Assembly: GCA_963796455.1 (NCBI GenBank)
Contig: CAWCLO010000007.1
Span: 32,001-96,000, forward strand
From: Candidatus Sulfomarinibacteraceae bacterium
GTDB taxonomy: Bacteria; Acidobacteriota; Thermoanaerobaculia; Thermoanaerobaculales; Sulfomarinibacteraceae
Direction: 5' to 3'
Length of the DNA stretch: 64,000 nt
How positions within the stretch are numbered: position 1 is the stretch's first letter; each line of letters starts with the position of its first letter. The notes beneath the pieces are model-generated. The model was not told the origin of the DNA, searched no databases, and saw only the letters and a list, made by a program, of their open reading frames with translations. Below are positions 8,835-18,911 of the stretch, piece by piece. The position numbers and the translations under genes are program-made.

Positions 8835-8861
8835 ATTCCTAATTCCTAATTCCTAATTCCT
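8835..8861 (+). repeat. Heptamer tandem repeat (ATTCCTA)n
   Basis: About 4 units, ending about 20 bp before ATG 8883. Confidence 0.75.
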
Positions 8862-8882
8862 CCCGCGTGTTAGCATTCATCC

Positions 8883-9965
8883 ATGAGTGACGGCAACCAT
8901 GACAGCTCCAAAAGCACGAGAGTACGCGTTGACAAAGCCCTGAAGCGTTGTCAGGAATGGAGCCGGCACGGTCAGCACCGACAGATCATCAATGAGGTCG
9001 AAAAGCTCCTGACCCTGGTGGAAGACCACGATCATTTACGGGCAGCTCTTCTGACCTGGATGGCGCAAGCCCACCTCGCGATGGGGAATGCTGAAGCTGC
9101 GTTGCCGTCAGCATCGCAGTCATGGGAACTCGAGCCTTCACCCCACGCCTGCCACCTCACCTCGAACGCCCTCGAAGCACTCGGTGATGTTGACGAATCG
9201 GAAAAACATCTCCGCTTGGGATGGCGGCTTTTCCCGCAAGCGATCCACCTCCCCATCCAGCTGGCGGTCGTGCTTTCTGATCAGGCCCGAATGCCCGAGG
9301 CCCTCGACATCCTCGATGAAATCGATATCGACGAAAAGGTACCGGATGACTTCCAGATCTTTTTGGCTGGAATGCGCGCCAATCTCCTCAGTGCGATGGG
9401 GCGTTGGGCAGAGGCCGAAGAAGTCCTTCGCGACGGTCTCGCCTTTTTTCCGAATTCGCGGCTTCTCAAAGATGCCCACGAGGGGCTCCGGCGGACGAGA
9501 AAACGTCTCCGTGCCGAGGATTCTCTCGCCACGTCCTGGCGTGATGGTCTCTCCGCACTCGACGGGGTTTCCGGCGAGGTCGACGATGCGATCGTTCGCT
9601 GCTGTGCGGTCAACGAATATTCGGATCTTGTCGGTCTCGCCGCGCGACGGCTGTGGCGAAGCTTTCTCGACAGCCGCGGCGTACGGCCCCAATCTCCCGA
9701 CCCGTGGGGAGTGGCCCTTGTCCTGGCCACCCTCGAGATCGACGGCGCCGGACCATCCATCGCCGCCACCGCCCGTTCATTTGGAGCCAGTCCATCGAGC
9801 GTGCGATCGATTCTGAGCCGAATCCGTTCATTTCTCGAGTCTCTCGACCCGGAGTTCAGGGCTCGAGCATTTGCCGCTCACAGCAATCCACGGCTCGATG
9901 GCAAGGCGATACCATCCCACGGCATCGTCCGTTCGGCCAATGTCGTGCCGTTCCCCAGTACATGA
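8883..9965 (+). CDS. TPR-repeat protein with a possible C-terminal helix-turn-helix
   Basis: TPR-like helices (LAMGNAEAALP, MGRWAEAEEVLRDGL); C-terminal PSIAATARSFGASPSSVRSILSRI. Confidence 0.65.
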   Translation: MSDGNHDSSKSTRVRVDKALKRCQEWSRHGQHRQIINEVEKLLTLVEDHDHLRAALLTWMAQAHLAMGNAEAALPSASQSWELEPSPHACHLTSNALEALGDVDESEKHLRLGWRLFPQAIHLPIQLAVVLSDQARMPEALDILDEIDIDEKVPDDFQIFLAGMRANLLSAMGRWAEAEEVLRDGLAFFPNSRLLKDAHEGLRRTRKRLRAEDSLATSWRDGLSALDGVSGEVDDAIVRCCAVNEYSDLVGLAARRLWRSFLDSRGVRPQSPDPWGVALVLATLEIDGAGPSIAATARSFGASPSSVRSILSRIRSFLESLDPEFRARAFAAHSNPRLDGKAIPSHGIVRSANVVPFPST

Positions 9966-9978
9966 TTGGAGATTACCG

Positions 9979-10935
9979 ATGATCTCGAAATCCCGTGTGA
10001 CGCGATATGCGACGATCGCTGTGCTGTGCGTCTCGATGACCGTCTGGGCCGCCCAACGAGACCTCAACAAGACCGAGGTCTTTCCCTCCGAAGCCGGCAA
10101 GGTCCTCATGACGGACGTCGCAAATCTCGATCTTCGCGTCCAAAATTCTGACGTCGACCGGATCGAGGCCGATGTCGAGCTCCACATCGGCGGAACCGGA
10201 GAGGAAAAGGCGAAACGGTGGATCGAAAACCACACCCCTGAGTTCAGCGACAGTGAAGACAGCCTCAAGGTCACGGTGGAGCCGGCAAAGTCCGGTTTCC
10301 TCGGCTTTGGCCGCCTTTCGGCCAAGGCGCGGTTGGCGTTCAGGGTCCCGGGAGAGATCAATCCCGATCTCACGACGTCGACTGGAAACATCCAGGTACG
10401 GGGAGATTTCCCAAATGCTCAGCCCCTGAGGCTCCGTTCCCTTGCGGGCGACATCACACTGATCGGCGCCACCAGGTCTCTGCACATCAATGGTGGTGAA
10501 GGGGAAATTCAGATCGAGGTTTTTCGGCCGCTGGATGAATTTTTCGCACGCTCGTCATCCGGTTCCATCAACCTCACCGGAGGAGCCCGAGAAGCTCGGG
10601 CCGGCACCGGTTCGGGTGCGATTCGGCTCGAAAACATCAGCGGCAACGTCGAGGCCAGCACATCCAACGGAAGAGTCACGGTCATCTGGGATCGCATCGG
10701 CGAGGACGCGCAGGTCCGAATCCGATCGGCATCGGGCCGGGTCATCCTTCAGCTCCCCGGAAACACCCGCCCCCAGGGGCGGCTGAGTACCACGACCGGC
10801 AACGTTCGTAGTGAATTTCCAGGAACCGTGACCGCCGACGGCGGGACCCTGCAGTTGAGCGGTGACGGCCCGACCTTTGACGTCGAGACCGCATCCGGCG
10901 AAATCCAACTCACCATTCGCGAGGTTTGGAACTGA
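9979..10935 (+). CDS. DUF4097 family beta-strand repeat exported protein
   Basis: Signal peptide; repeated TSTGNI, SSSGSI, TSNGRV, TASGEI motifs; GGAG RBS. Confidence 0.8.
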   Translation: MISKSRVTRYATIAVLCVSMTVWAAQRDLNKTEVFPSEAGKVLMTDVANLDLRVQNSDVDRIEADVELHIGGTGEEKAKRWIENHTPEFSDSEDSLKVTVEPAKSGFLGFGRLSAKARLAFRVPGEINPDLTTSTGNIQVRGDFPNAQPLRLRSLAGDITLIGATRSLHINGGEGEIQIEVFRPLDEFFARSSSGSINLTGGAREARAGTGSGAIRLENISGNVEASTSNGRVTVIWDRIGEDAQVRIRSASGRVILQLPGNTRPQGRLSTTTGNVRSEFPGTVTADGGTLQLSGDGPTFDVETASGEIQLTIREVWN

Positions 10936-10977
10936 CCCGGATTTTTGGTGCCGCGGCATCACACTGATCCGACGATC

Positions 10978-11002
10978 GGAACTTTTTCGACTGATTCTCG
11001 TT
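10978..11002 (+). promoter_or_regulatory. Putative ECF sigma promoter
   Basis: GGAAC-N16-CGTT, about 25 bp upstream of ATG 11027. Confidence 0.5.
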
Positions 11003-11026
11003 GTACCTTCAGTAAGGAGCAGGAGA

Positions 11027-11725
11027 ATGCGAAAGACTGTCCTCGCCACCGTCATCATCCTGGTGATCGCCTTTGGAGCCGACGCCGGATCACGAACCAT
11101 GACCCATACACGAGCGGCCGATGGAATCGACGCGGTGGTCCTCGACAGCGGCATCGGTGATGTCAAGATCACCGCCCGCCAGGGCCTCGATGAGGTGACG
11201 ATAGAAGTCGTTCTGACGCCCAGGCGGGGCGGCATCTTCTCATCCAAACGCAAAGCCGAACTCGATGTGGAATCCGCTTCGCTCAAAGTGGATTCTGAGG
11301 GCTCGCGCCTCGTGCTCGGAATCAACCCTCCCGCCGACGATGAACGCCGTTTCGAAGAACGGTGGACGGTTCTGGTACCGGCCCGTCTCGAGGTCGCCCT
11401 CGATCACGGAGTGGGCGACATCCATATCCAGGGCGTGTTATCCGGGATCGAGGTCGATTCAGGGGTCGGTGATGTCCACGTCGAAACCACCGGAGGCGAC
11501 GTCACTATCGATCTCGGGGTTGGTACCGCGGTGGTGAATGCCCCGGCGTCCTCCTACAAAACGGCCGAAGGCGCGGGCGGAATCGGCGACGTGCAATTGA
11601 CCGTTCTCGGCGAGACAATCGAGAGCGGCGGATTCGTCAGTCACGCGGCGTCCTGGAAGGGCGACGGCAAGTACCGCATCGAGGTCGCCATCGGCGTCGG
11701 CGATGCGGTGATCACGCTCGAGTAG
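11027..11725 (+). CDS. DUF4097-like beta-strand repeat exported protein
   Basis: Signal peptide; repeated GIGDV/GVGDI motifs; AGGAG RBS. Confidence 0.75.
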   Translation: MRKTVLATVIILVIAFGADAGSRTMTHTRAADGIDAVVLDSGIGDVKITARQGLDEVTIEVVLTPRRGGIFSSKRKAELDVESASLKVDSEGSRLVLGINPPADDERRFEERWTVLVPARLEVALDHGVGDIHIQGVLSGIEVDSGVGDVHVETTGGDVTIDLGVGTAVVNAPASSYKTAEGAGGIGDVQLTVLGETIESGGFVSHAASWKGDGKYRIEVAIGVGDAVITLE

Positions 11726-11750
11726 CTTCCCCCGCCTGTCCCGTTCCCGA

Positions 11751-11808
11751 AAGGGAGAAGAGGGAGAAAGGGAGAAAGGGGGAAAGGGGGAAAGGGAGAA
11801 AGGGAGAA
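11751..11808 (+). repeat. Polypurine octamer tandem repeat (AAGGGAGA/AAGGGGGA)n
   Basis: About 7 units; reverse-complement form near 56533-56560. Confidence 0.8.
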
Positions 11809-11844
11809 CCGTACTTGATGCATGGTTCGTGATAAGGAACGGGT

Positions 11845-11956
11845 CTCCTCTGCTCCTCTGCTCCTCTGCTCCTCTGCTCCTCTGCTCCTCTGCTCCTCTG
11901 CTCCTCTGCTCCTCTGCTCCTCTGCTCCTCTGCTCCTCTGCTCCTCTGCTCCTCTG
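11845..11956 (+). repeat. (CTCCTCTG)x14 tandem array
   Basis: 14 perfect units ending about 50 bp before the OPT start; preceded by AGAACCGTAC-N10-GTTCGTGATAAGG. Confidence 0.97.
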
Positions 11957-12004
11957 CTCCTGATACACTCCCATCGTCCAAAAAGTCCACATGGGGGGGT
12001 ACCG

Positions 12005-14083
12005 ATGGAAGATACGGGCAAATCCAGCAAAATCCTGCCGGCGAACGCTTTTCGTGAGTTGGAACCGGGTGAGAGCTACACCCCGGTTGTTCCTGCCGAC
12101 GACCCTCGCGCGGAGGTTTCTGCGCGGTCGCTGATCATCGGCGTCGTCATGGTGGTGATCTTCACCTTTGCGGCTGCCTATATCGGGTTGAAGACCGGCA
12201 ATGTGATCGAAACCTCGATCCCGATCGCCATCCTGGCAGTCTTTTTGGGGACACTTTTCGCCGAACGCAACACCCTGCTGGAAAACGTCATCATCCAGTC
12301 CATCGGCCAGGCTGCGGGCGTCGTCGTCGCGGGCGCGATCTTCACCATCCCGGCGCTTTATATTCTCGATCTCAATCCATCCTTTCTGCAAATCTTTTTA
12401 TCCTGTCTGGTGGGCGGATACCTCGGTGTCGTGCTTCTGATCCCACTGCGAAGGTATTTCGTCAAGGATCTGCACGGACAACTCCCCTTCCCCGAAGGCA
12501 CAGCCATCGCCAACGTGCTCGCGACGGGAGAAAAATCAAAGGGTTCCGCCGGCAAGGTCCTGTTGATGGCCTTCGGCCTCGGCTTCTTCTATGACCTGAT
12601 CGTCGAGTTCCTCCACCTGTGGAATCACCATCTCAACTCCAAGATCCTGTTCGGCGAGTTCGGCCAACGCATGGCCGACATGCGTTTCGAGATCAAGCTC
12701 AACGCGACCGCCGTGTACTTCGGGCTCGGCTACATCATCGGCGTGCGCTACGCCGGGGTCATTGCCGCCGGATCGGTTCTCTCAGTGATGGTGCTGGTGC
12801 CCTTGATCTTTTTTGCGGGCCACGGCCTGACGGTGCCGCTCTCACCGCCAGAAGTCGAGGCGCTGGTCTCCGAGATGGACGCCGCCCAGATCTTTGCGAA
12901 TTACGTCCGACCAATGGGCATCGGCTGCATCGCGGTTGCCGGGATCATCGGCATCCTCAAGATGTGGAAGATCATCGTCTCGTCGCTCTCGTTGGCCTTC
13001 AAGGGCCTGGTCGGCGGCGGCGACAACACCGAGGTCGAGCGGACCGATCGCGACATGGCGCCGCGCAATACCTTCCTGATCCAACTCAGCGCAGTCGTCG
13101 GTATGTTCGTGCTTTTCTGGTTCATCAGCGGCAAGATTTCAACAGCCGCCGTCGGCACCGTCATCACCTTCATTCTCACTTTCCTCTTCACGCCGGTGGC
13201 GGCCCGGGCAATTGCCATCGTCGGCGTCAACCCGGTTTCCGGCATGACCATGTTGACCCTCATCATTGCCTGCCTCGCGTTGGTGGCAACCGGGCTCAGC
13301 GGCGACGCTCTCGGCATGTCGGTGGCCCTGGTCGTCGGGTGTGCGGTCTGCACGGCGCTTTCGACCTCGGGAGCCTTCATCACCGACCTTAAAGTCGGCT
13401 ATTGGCTCGGTGCAAGCCCCTTCCAACAGGAACGTTGGAAATTCCTCGGTATCTTCGTCGCCTCGCTTTGTGTCGGTGCGGTGATCTGGGTGCTCGCGAC
13501 GTCCTATGGTTTCATGATTGAAGATGCGAGCGGGCAGATGATCGTCAACCCCGATCTCCCGGCTCCCCAGGGCAATCTGATGGCGACGATCGTCTCATCG
13601 GTCATGGGCGGCGAACAACAGGCGGTGATTCTCTTCCTGCTCGGTGGAATCGTGGCTGTGATGCTCGAGATGGCCAGGGTTCCGGCACTCGCCTTCGGTC
13701 TCGGCATGTACCTCCCGATCGAGATCAATATGGCGGTGTTCTTTGGTGCCGCCGTCGGCCACTTCATCGGCAAGAGCGGCAAGACCGAAGAGGAACGGGA
13801 AGCGCGGAAGGAGCAGGGAACTCTCATCGCCTCCGGTCTGATGGCCGGTGCCGCGATCATCGGCACCATCGGAGCCATCCTCCTGTTACCGCAGGTCGGC
13901 GAACCAATGCTGATGATCGATATCCACCACGTCTCCGAGCAGGGCGCCGGCGCGTTCGCCGTGTGGTACGAGGGCTTCTGGGGCCAGATGGTCAGCGTTC
14001 TCGGTCTCGCGGCCCTGGTAGCGGGTTGTTTCATCCTGGCCAAGAAGGGCGCCAGGTGGCAGAAGGAGGAAGAGAGCGAGTAG
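12005..14083 (+). CDS. OPT family oligopeptide transporter
   Basis: AYIGLKTG, LENVIIQSIG, GAIFTIPAL, LPFPEGTA, NPVSGMT, DLKVGYWLGA, APQGNLMA; many TM helices. Confidence 0.93.
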   Translation: MEDTGKSSKILPANAFRELEPGESYTPVVPADDPRAEVSARSLIIGVVMVVIFTFAAAYIGLKTGNVIETSIPIAILAVFLGTLFAERNTLLENVIIQSIGQAAGVVVAGAIFTIPALYILDLNPSFLQIFLSCLVGGYLGVVLLIPLRRYFVKDLHGQLPFPEGTAIANVLATGEKSKGSAGKVLLMAFGLGFFYDLIVEFLHLWNHHLNSKILFGEFGQRMADMRFEIKLNATAVYFGLGYIIGVRYAGVIAAGSVLSVMVLVPLIFFAGHGLTVPLSPPEVEALVSEMDAAQIFANYVRPMGIGCIAVAGIIGILKMWKIIVSSLSLAFKGLVGGGDNTEVERTDRDMAPRNTFLIQLSAVVGMFVLFWFISGKISTAAVGTVITFILTFLFTPVAARAIAIVGVNPVSGMTMLTLIIACLALVATGLSGDALGMSVALVVGCAVCTALSTSGAFITDLKVGYWLGASPFQQERWKFLGIFVASLCVGAVIWVLATSYGFMIEDASGQMIVNPDLPAPQGNLMATIVSSVMGGEQQAVILFLLGGIVAVMLEMARVPALAFGLGMYLPIEINMAVFFGAAVGHFIGKSGKTEEEREARKEQGTLIASGLMAGAAIIGTIGAILLLPQVGEPMLMIDIHHVSEQGAGAFAVWYEGFWGQMVSVLGLAALVAGCFILAKKGARWQKEEESE

Positions 14084-14154
14084 CGGCCCGGGCTGCAAGG
14101 AAAAAGGGAGAATCACTCGGCACCGATTTCTCCTGTATGGGAATGTCGCCTCCC

Positions 14155-14277
14155 GATGTCATCCTGAGCGCAGCCCCGCAGGGGCGTAGTCGAAGGATCT
14201 ATGGGATGGCCTGCTAAGACCTCGCGACCGCAGATCCTTCGACTTCGCGCCAAAGGCGCTTCGCTCAGGATGACATC
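14155..14277. repeat. REP-like palindromic element
   Basis: GATGTCATCCTGAGCG...GTCGAAGGATCT paired with AGATCCTTCGAC...CGCTCAGGATGACATC. Confidence 0.85.
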
Positions 14278-14543
14278 TTGAAAAGGCCCACCTCTACAGT
14301 TCCGGATGGCGCTAAAGGAAGAACGCCCAACACAATACTCGATACTGGATGCTGGATTCCGAACCAGGATGGCAGATGGGACCGGGGGTGGAGGGGCAGA
14401 GCACTGCTCGACATCCTCGCTATCGCTATCGCTATCGCTATCGGGATCGCTATCGAACGGCTGCGGTAGATACGGATCCGGAACTGGCGACAGGGGGACG
14501 AGCAGAACCGTACCCGAAACGTCGTTCGTGATAAGGGCAGAGT

Positions 14544-14699
14544 CTCCTCTGCTCCTCTGCTCCTCTGCTCCTCTGCTCCTCTGCTCCTCTGCTCCTCTGC
14601 TCCTCTGCTCCTCTGCTCCTCTGCTCCTCTGCTCCTCTGCTCCTCTGCTCCTCTCTCTGCTCCTCTGCTCCTCTGCTCCTCTGCTCCTCTGCTCCTCTG
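14544..14699 (+). repeat. (CTCCTCTG) tandem array, 19 units
   Basis: 13 perfect units, one 12-nt variant, then 5 perfect units; same upstream leader as the 11845 array. Confidence 0.97.
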
Positions 14700-14700
14700 C

Positions 14701-15207
14701 TCAGTCGGAAAGCGCCTCGCGCAATTCCATCAACAGTTCATCCGCCGTATCAAATACCCGGGGCATCGCGGTCGCCGTACCGGGTGGTGCCTCGAGGGAC
14801 CAGCTTTTCCAGCACCACACCTCTCTGCCGGTCTTGAGCGCCAGACCGATTTCTGAGAGCGTTCCAGGTCCTCCACCGAGGGCAACGCACAAGGTGGCCG
14901 AAAGCACGTTGATGGCATTCCGGGCATTCGCCATGCCGGTGTAGATCGGGAGGATGATCCAAGGGTTCGGATAGCCGGCCGCCGGATCCGAGTTCGGCAG
15001 GACTCCGATGGTGAGCCCTCCGGCCTCCACCGCGCCCCGTGCCGCCGCAGCCATGACTCCGCTGCCTCCACCGGTCAAGACCACCCACCCGGCCCGGGCC
15101 GCAATCGCTCCCACACCTTCCGCCAAAGCCATTTCTTCCTTGGATGCGGCGGCTGGACCGAGAACCGCGAGAATCGGGCTCGAAGTCACAGCGGATCGGA
15201 CGTTCAT
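14701..15207 (-). CDS. LOG family / TIGR00725-type Rossmann-fold protein
   Basis: VLTGGGSGVMAAAARGA, TIGVLP, TGMANARN, GGGPGTLSEI. Confidence 0.88.
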   Translation of the reverse strand: MNVRSAVTSSPILAVLGPAAASKEEMALAEGVGAIAARAGWVVLTGGGSGVMAAAARGAVEAGGLTIGVLPNSDPAAGYPNPWIILPIYTGMANARNAINVLSATLCVALGGGPGTLSEIGLALKTGREVWCWKSWSLEAPPGTATAMPRVFDTADELLMELREALSD

Positions 15208-15327
15208 GTCGCCTCCTGCCGAAAAGGTGACTTGGAGTTTCCCGGAAGAAGCTCGAGAAGTAAAGGGTGCAGAGTGAAGGGTAGCTTCGGAATACCTGTG
15301 TGGCGTTCGTCGTCACTCTATTCACAC

Positions 15328-15357
15328 AAAAAAACGCCCGGGCCGAGGCCCGGGCGT
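15328..15357 (-). terminator. Intrinsic terminator after the OmpA gene
   Basis: 10-bp GC stem followed by T7 on the minus strand. Confidence 0.85.
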
Positions 15358-15378
15358 CGATTATTGTTGATTCAACAA

Positions 15379-16023
15379 TTACTGCATTGCAACCAGGGTC
15401 ACGCGACGGTTCTGTCCGCGGCCCTCTTTGGTCGAGTTGTCGGCGATGGGCTTGTACTCACCATAGGAGATGACGTTCATGCGGAACAGCGGAATGCCCT
15501 GCTCCATATTCAGATAACGCATCGCCTGCTCAGCACGCTGGTGGCCGAGCTTGAGGTTGTAGCTTTCGCTACCGATGTTGTCGGTGTGGCCCTGAACCTC
15601 GATGAACGCATGGCCCTCGACAGCCTTGACAACTTCAGCAAAGGCATCGAGCGAAGCCTTGGCCTCGTCCGACAGATTGTATTTGTCAAAACCGAAATTG
15701 ACATCGTTGTCAGTGATGGTGACCTCGAGCAGGAAGCTGCCCATGGCAAGCACACCGGCCTCGTTGGCGCGATTGAGGGCGTCCTTGGCAGTCGCCGAAA
15801 TCTTGGCCATGTCACTCTCGAGCTTGGCCTGTCCGGCCTCGAGATCAGAAATCTGCTTCTGGTTGACCTCGATATTGTCATCGAGCTCACTCATCCTTGT
15901 CGACGTCACCTGGCCGAATTCCGAGATCTGCTCGTCGACCCATTTTTTGGTCGCACAACCGGACAATCCGACTGTCACCACCAAAAGCATCACCAAAACC
16001 GGCGAAAACGTTCTCCTCATCAT
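15379..16023 (-). CDS. OmpA family lipoprotein
   Basis: Lipobox LSGC; coiled-coil segment; FGFDKYNL...GHTDNIGS...N.KLGHQRA...SYGE...NRRV. Confidence 0.9.
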   Translation of the reverse strand: MMRRTFSPVLVMLLVVTVGLSGCATKKWVDEQISEFGQVTSTRMSELDDNIEVNQKQISDLEAGQAKLESDMAKISATAKDALNRANEAGVLAMGSFLLEVTITDNDVNFGFDKYNLSDEAKASLDAFAEVVKAVEGHAFIEVQGHTDNIGSESYNLKLGHQRAEQAMRYLNMEQGIPLFRMNVISYGEYKPIADNSTKEGRGQNRRVTLVAMQ

Positions 16024-16115
16024 CCACCTCCTAGATATTTGACGTTTCATATTTATTCTCTCAAGAACACCGCGACACTATAACACACACACATAGCCGT
16101 TGAGATCAATAAAGT

Positions 16116-17111
16116 CTACCAGACAAGGCATTCCGGGGCCGTCGGGTCGACCTCTGCCGCACACTCGACGATTCCATCGCCGAGGCGAATCAGAACCGGT
16201 GTGGCGAAGAACCAATCGATGCCCGCCGGCAGTTCGGCCAAACGGCATTCAGCGCACGGAAAGGGCTGGATGTTTTCAGTCGGCCAACCGCTTCGTTCGG
16301 GAACGGCTATCGCGGTGGTCGGCCACTCCAGGGACTCGCTGAAGTACAGCGCGAGCAGTTCGTGGCAGTGCTCGCAATCCTTGCGGTACAGAATCACATA
16401 TTGTTGACCTGCAGTGAGATCGCTTGGCAATCCACGGCTCCATGCCGCAACTTCGAGGTCCGCGAAAGGGCGCCCGATCCAACTCTCGTAGTCGGGCAGA
16501 TAATAGCCATCCGACGGCAACGACCCGGCACCGGAGACGATCGATTCGGATCCTTCAGATTGTTCTGGAGAAGGTGATGCAGGGGACGGAAGACCGAAGG
16601 CGAGAGCGACGCTCAGCAGGCTCCATATTCCGGCCACAACCACCCTGCTGGTCGGAATCGTTGCACCCAGCGCAAGCCGCGGCTCCCGCCGTCCGCAAAT
16701 CAACAGCAGGACGAAAAATGTGACGTCCATCACAAGCGTGATCCACGGATTGACCTGGATCGCACCAAAACAGCCGCAACTGGAGGCCCCCAAAACCAGA
16801 TCGCCCACCAGAATCGGTATGAAGGAACCCAACACGATGATTCCGGTCCAACGGGCGAGCGGAGGCAAGAGAACCATCACCCCGACCACGACCAGCTCGG
16901 CGGCGATGCTGAAGCGCAGCACGAAATTCAGATCCATCCCGAGAGCGCCACACCACTGGATCAGAGCCGCCGGCAAGTGAGTCGGACTCAGATCGGCGAG
17001 TTTGAGCACCGCACCCAAAAAAAGCCACAGGGGAACCACCACCCGTGCCACGACGACGGCGACGGTGCCCGATGGGTTGGTCGAACCTGTATTGATATCA
17101 CGATCTGTCAT
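16116..17111 (-). CDS. MauE/DoxX-like membrane protein with a thioredoxin-like C-terminal domain
   Basis: About 5 TM segments with SCGCFG; later CEHC and ATP (cis-Pro-like) motif. Confidence 0.7.
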   Translation of the reverse strand: MTDRDINTGSTNPSGTVAVVVARVVVPLWLFLGAVLKLADLSPTHLPAALIQWCGALGMDLNFVLRFSIAAELVVVGVMVLLPPLARWTGIIVLGSFIPILVGDLVLGASSCGCFGAIQVNPWITLVMDVTFFVLLLICGRREPRLALGATIPTSRVVVAGIWSLLSVALAFGLPSPASPSPEQSEGSESIVSGAGSLPSDGYYLPDYESWIGRPFADLEVAAWSRGLPSDLTAGQQYVILYRKDCEHCHELLALYFSESLEWPTTAIAVPERSGWPTENIQPFPCAECRLAELPAGIDWFFATPVLIRLGDGIVECAAEVDPTAPECLVW

Positions 17112-17267
17112 TCGAACTCCGTCTGATGAAATCGAGCTTCGGGCTGAAGTCTGCACCGTAGGATTCAAGAATCCCCGGACTCTTGTCCCTGATCCCTTCT
17201 CTCCGGGATCGCCTCGCTTATTTGTATCGCTGAAACGTCGGTTTCTGCCCCGAGCACCCTGCAGATT

Positions 17268-18911
17268 TTACAAATCGCTGACGTCTCCGCCGAGCCCACT
17301 CCAAACCGACGCCTCGACCTCGGCCGCTCGGGCTCGCGTCGCCGCGACGGCGCGATCCGCTCGAGCAAGGAGATCGATCGCATCGGCATCCGTTGGGATG
17401 TCCAGAAGATTGATCCGGACATTCATGGCGGCCCCGAGAACAGCGGCACTCGCCATACCGGCTCCGACCCCGGCGTCCGAGGCCGAGGCCTGCATCCCCA
17501 GATCGCGGGCACGGGCACAGAGCTCCACCACCTCGAGGCAGGCTTCAGCCACCCCGAGTGGCACCCGAGCCGCACCAAGAGTCGCTTCACGGACCGCAGC
17601 TTCGCGCCCGTCACCGGAGACCTTGTTCGCATCCATCAGCGCCTGGAACGACCAGGTGTCCGCATCGATCGCATCGAGAAACTTCTGTTTGAGTCCTTGC
17701 GCGCGAACCGCGACCTCTTCGAGTTCGTCCCGCACCTCGACAAAGTCAGCTTTCGGGTGCGGTAGATTGGCGACCATTGCGGCCAGAGCCGCAGCCAAAG
17801 CACCGGCCAACGCAGCGACCGAACCACCACCGGGAGCGGCGGAATCCCTTGAAGTCTCATCGGCGAATTCCTGCAAGGTCATCGAGGCCAGAGGCCGTTC
17901 GGGAGCCAGAATGTCCTCGATGATCTTTTCCCCCGGATCGAAGGTCGAGACCTCGGACAAACCCAGGGATCGGGAAGCCGCGTGCACGATGTCGGCCTCA
18001 GGTACTCCGGACGTCCGGTCCATCCGTTTGAGATAATGGAGGCCGGCATCGAGAATCGACTTTTTGGGGATCAAACCGACGAGTTCCGAACCGGTGACCC
18101 GGATGCCCCGTTGGCGGGCGCTCTCATCACAGGCGTCAAAGGCCGCATGAACCGGCGTCACATCAAGATCGATGAGGTTCATCGAAACCTGGGCGCACCC
18201 GTACTCCGGGATATACCATCCGACTCCCCGCACGGCCTTGAGCATTCCCGGTTGTTCGACTTGCTGTCCATCCGACCCGGTCACCATCCGACCCGTCTCG
18301 CGGACGTCGAAGGCGACTCGATTGGCCCACCTCTTGTCGCTGACATTGAGGTTGACGTTGTAGGCAACAAGAAACTTCCGTGCACCCGTGGTCATGACCC
18401 CGAACTCGGGAACAAATGTCGCGGGCCCGAAATCGGGTGCGAAATCAGGATCCTTCAACTTGCTCTGCAGGGCCTCGTATTCACCCTTTCGAATATCGGC
18501 CAATGAACGCCTTTCGGGTCGGGTGGCGGCAAACTCATACAAATAAACCGGTAGTCCGAGCTCTTCTCCGACCCGGGCGGCAAGCCGGTTGGCGAGTTCG
18601 ACACACTCGTCCATTGTGATCTCGGCAACGGGCACGAAGGGACACACGTCGACCGCACCCTGCCGGGGGTGGGCGCCATGGTGGCCACGCATATCGATCA
18701 GCCGGCGTGCCGCAGCGACCAATTGAAATGCGGCCTCCAGGACCGCCTCCGGTTCTCCGACGAAGGTGATCACCGTCCGGTTGGTTTCCGCTCCGGGGTC
18801 CACATCGAGCAACTTGACACCTGGCACCAGAGTGACGGTCTGAGCGACTTCGTTATAGACCTCGGGCTGCCGGCCTTCAGAGATATTCGGTACGCATTCG
18901 ACGATTTTCAT
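17268..18911 (-). CDS. ftcD: Bifunctional glutamate formiminotransferase / formiminotetrahydrofolate cyclodeaminase
   Basis: IVECVPNISEGR, HHGAHPRQGAVDVCPFVP, QVSMNL, SELVGLIP, APGGGSVAAL, NVRINL. Confidence 0.93.
   Translation of the reverse strand: MKIVECVPNISEGRQPEVYNEVAQTVTLVPGVKLLDVDPGAETNRTVITFVGEPEAVLEAAFQLVAAARRLIDMRGHHGAHPRQGAVDVCPFVPVAEITMDECVELANRLAARVGEELGLPVYLYEFAATRPERRSLADIRKGEYEALQSKLKDPDFAPDFGPATFVPEFGVMTTGARKFLVAYNVNLNVSDKRWANRVAFDVRETGRMVTGSDGQQVEQPGMLKAVRGVGWYIPEYGCAQVSMNLIDLDVTPVHAAFDACDESARQRGIRVTGSELVGLIPKKSILDAGLHYLKRMDRTSGVPEADIVHAASRSLGLSEVSTFDPGEKIIEDILAPERPLASMTLQEFADETSRDSAAPGGGSVAALAGALAAALAAMVANLPHPKADFVEVRDELEEVAVRAQGLKQKFLDAIDADTWSFQALMDANKVSGDGREAAVREATLGAARVPLGVAEACLEVVELCARARDLGMQASASDAGVGAGMASAAVLGAAMNVRINLLDIPTDADAIDLLARADRAVAATRARAAEVEASVWSGLGGDVSDL

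Noticed and set aside
11845..11956. Tandem arrays (also 14544 and 62242) as CRISPR arrays
   Set aside because: Units are 7-8 bp, contiguous, have no spacers, and there are no cas genes.
11822..12004. N-terminal SSAPLLLC extension of the OPT protein, and repeat-derived ORFs (11641-12030, 11712-11990, 14306-14944)
   Set aside because: These are translations of the octamer array; the likely start is ATG 12005 with a G-rich RBS.
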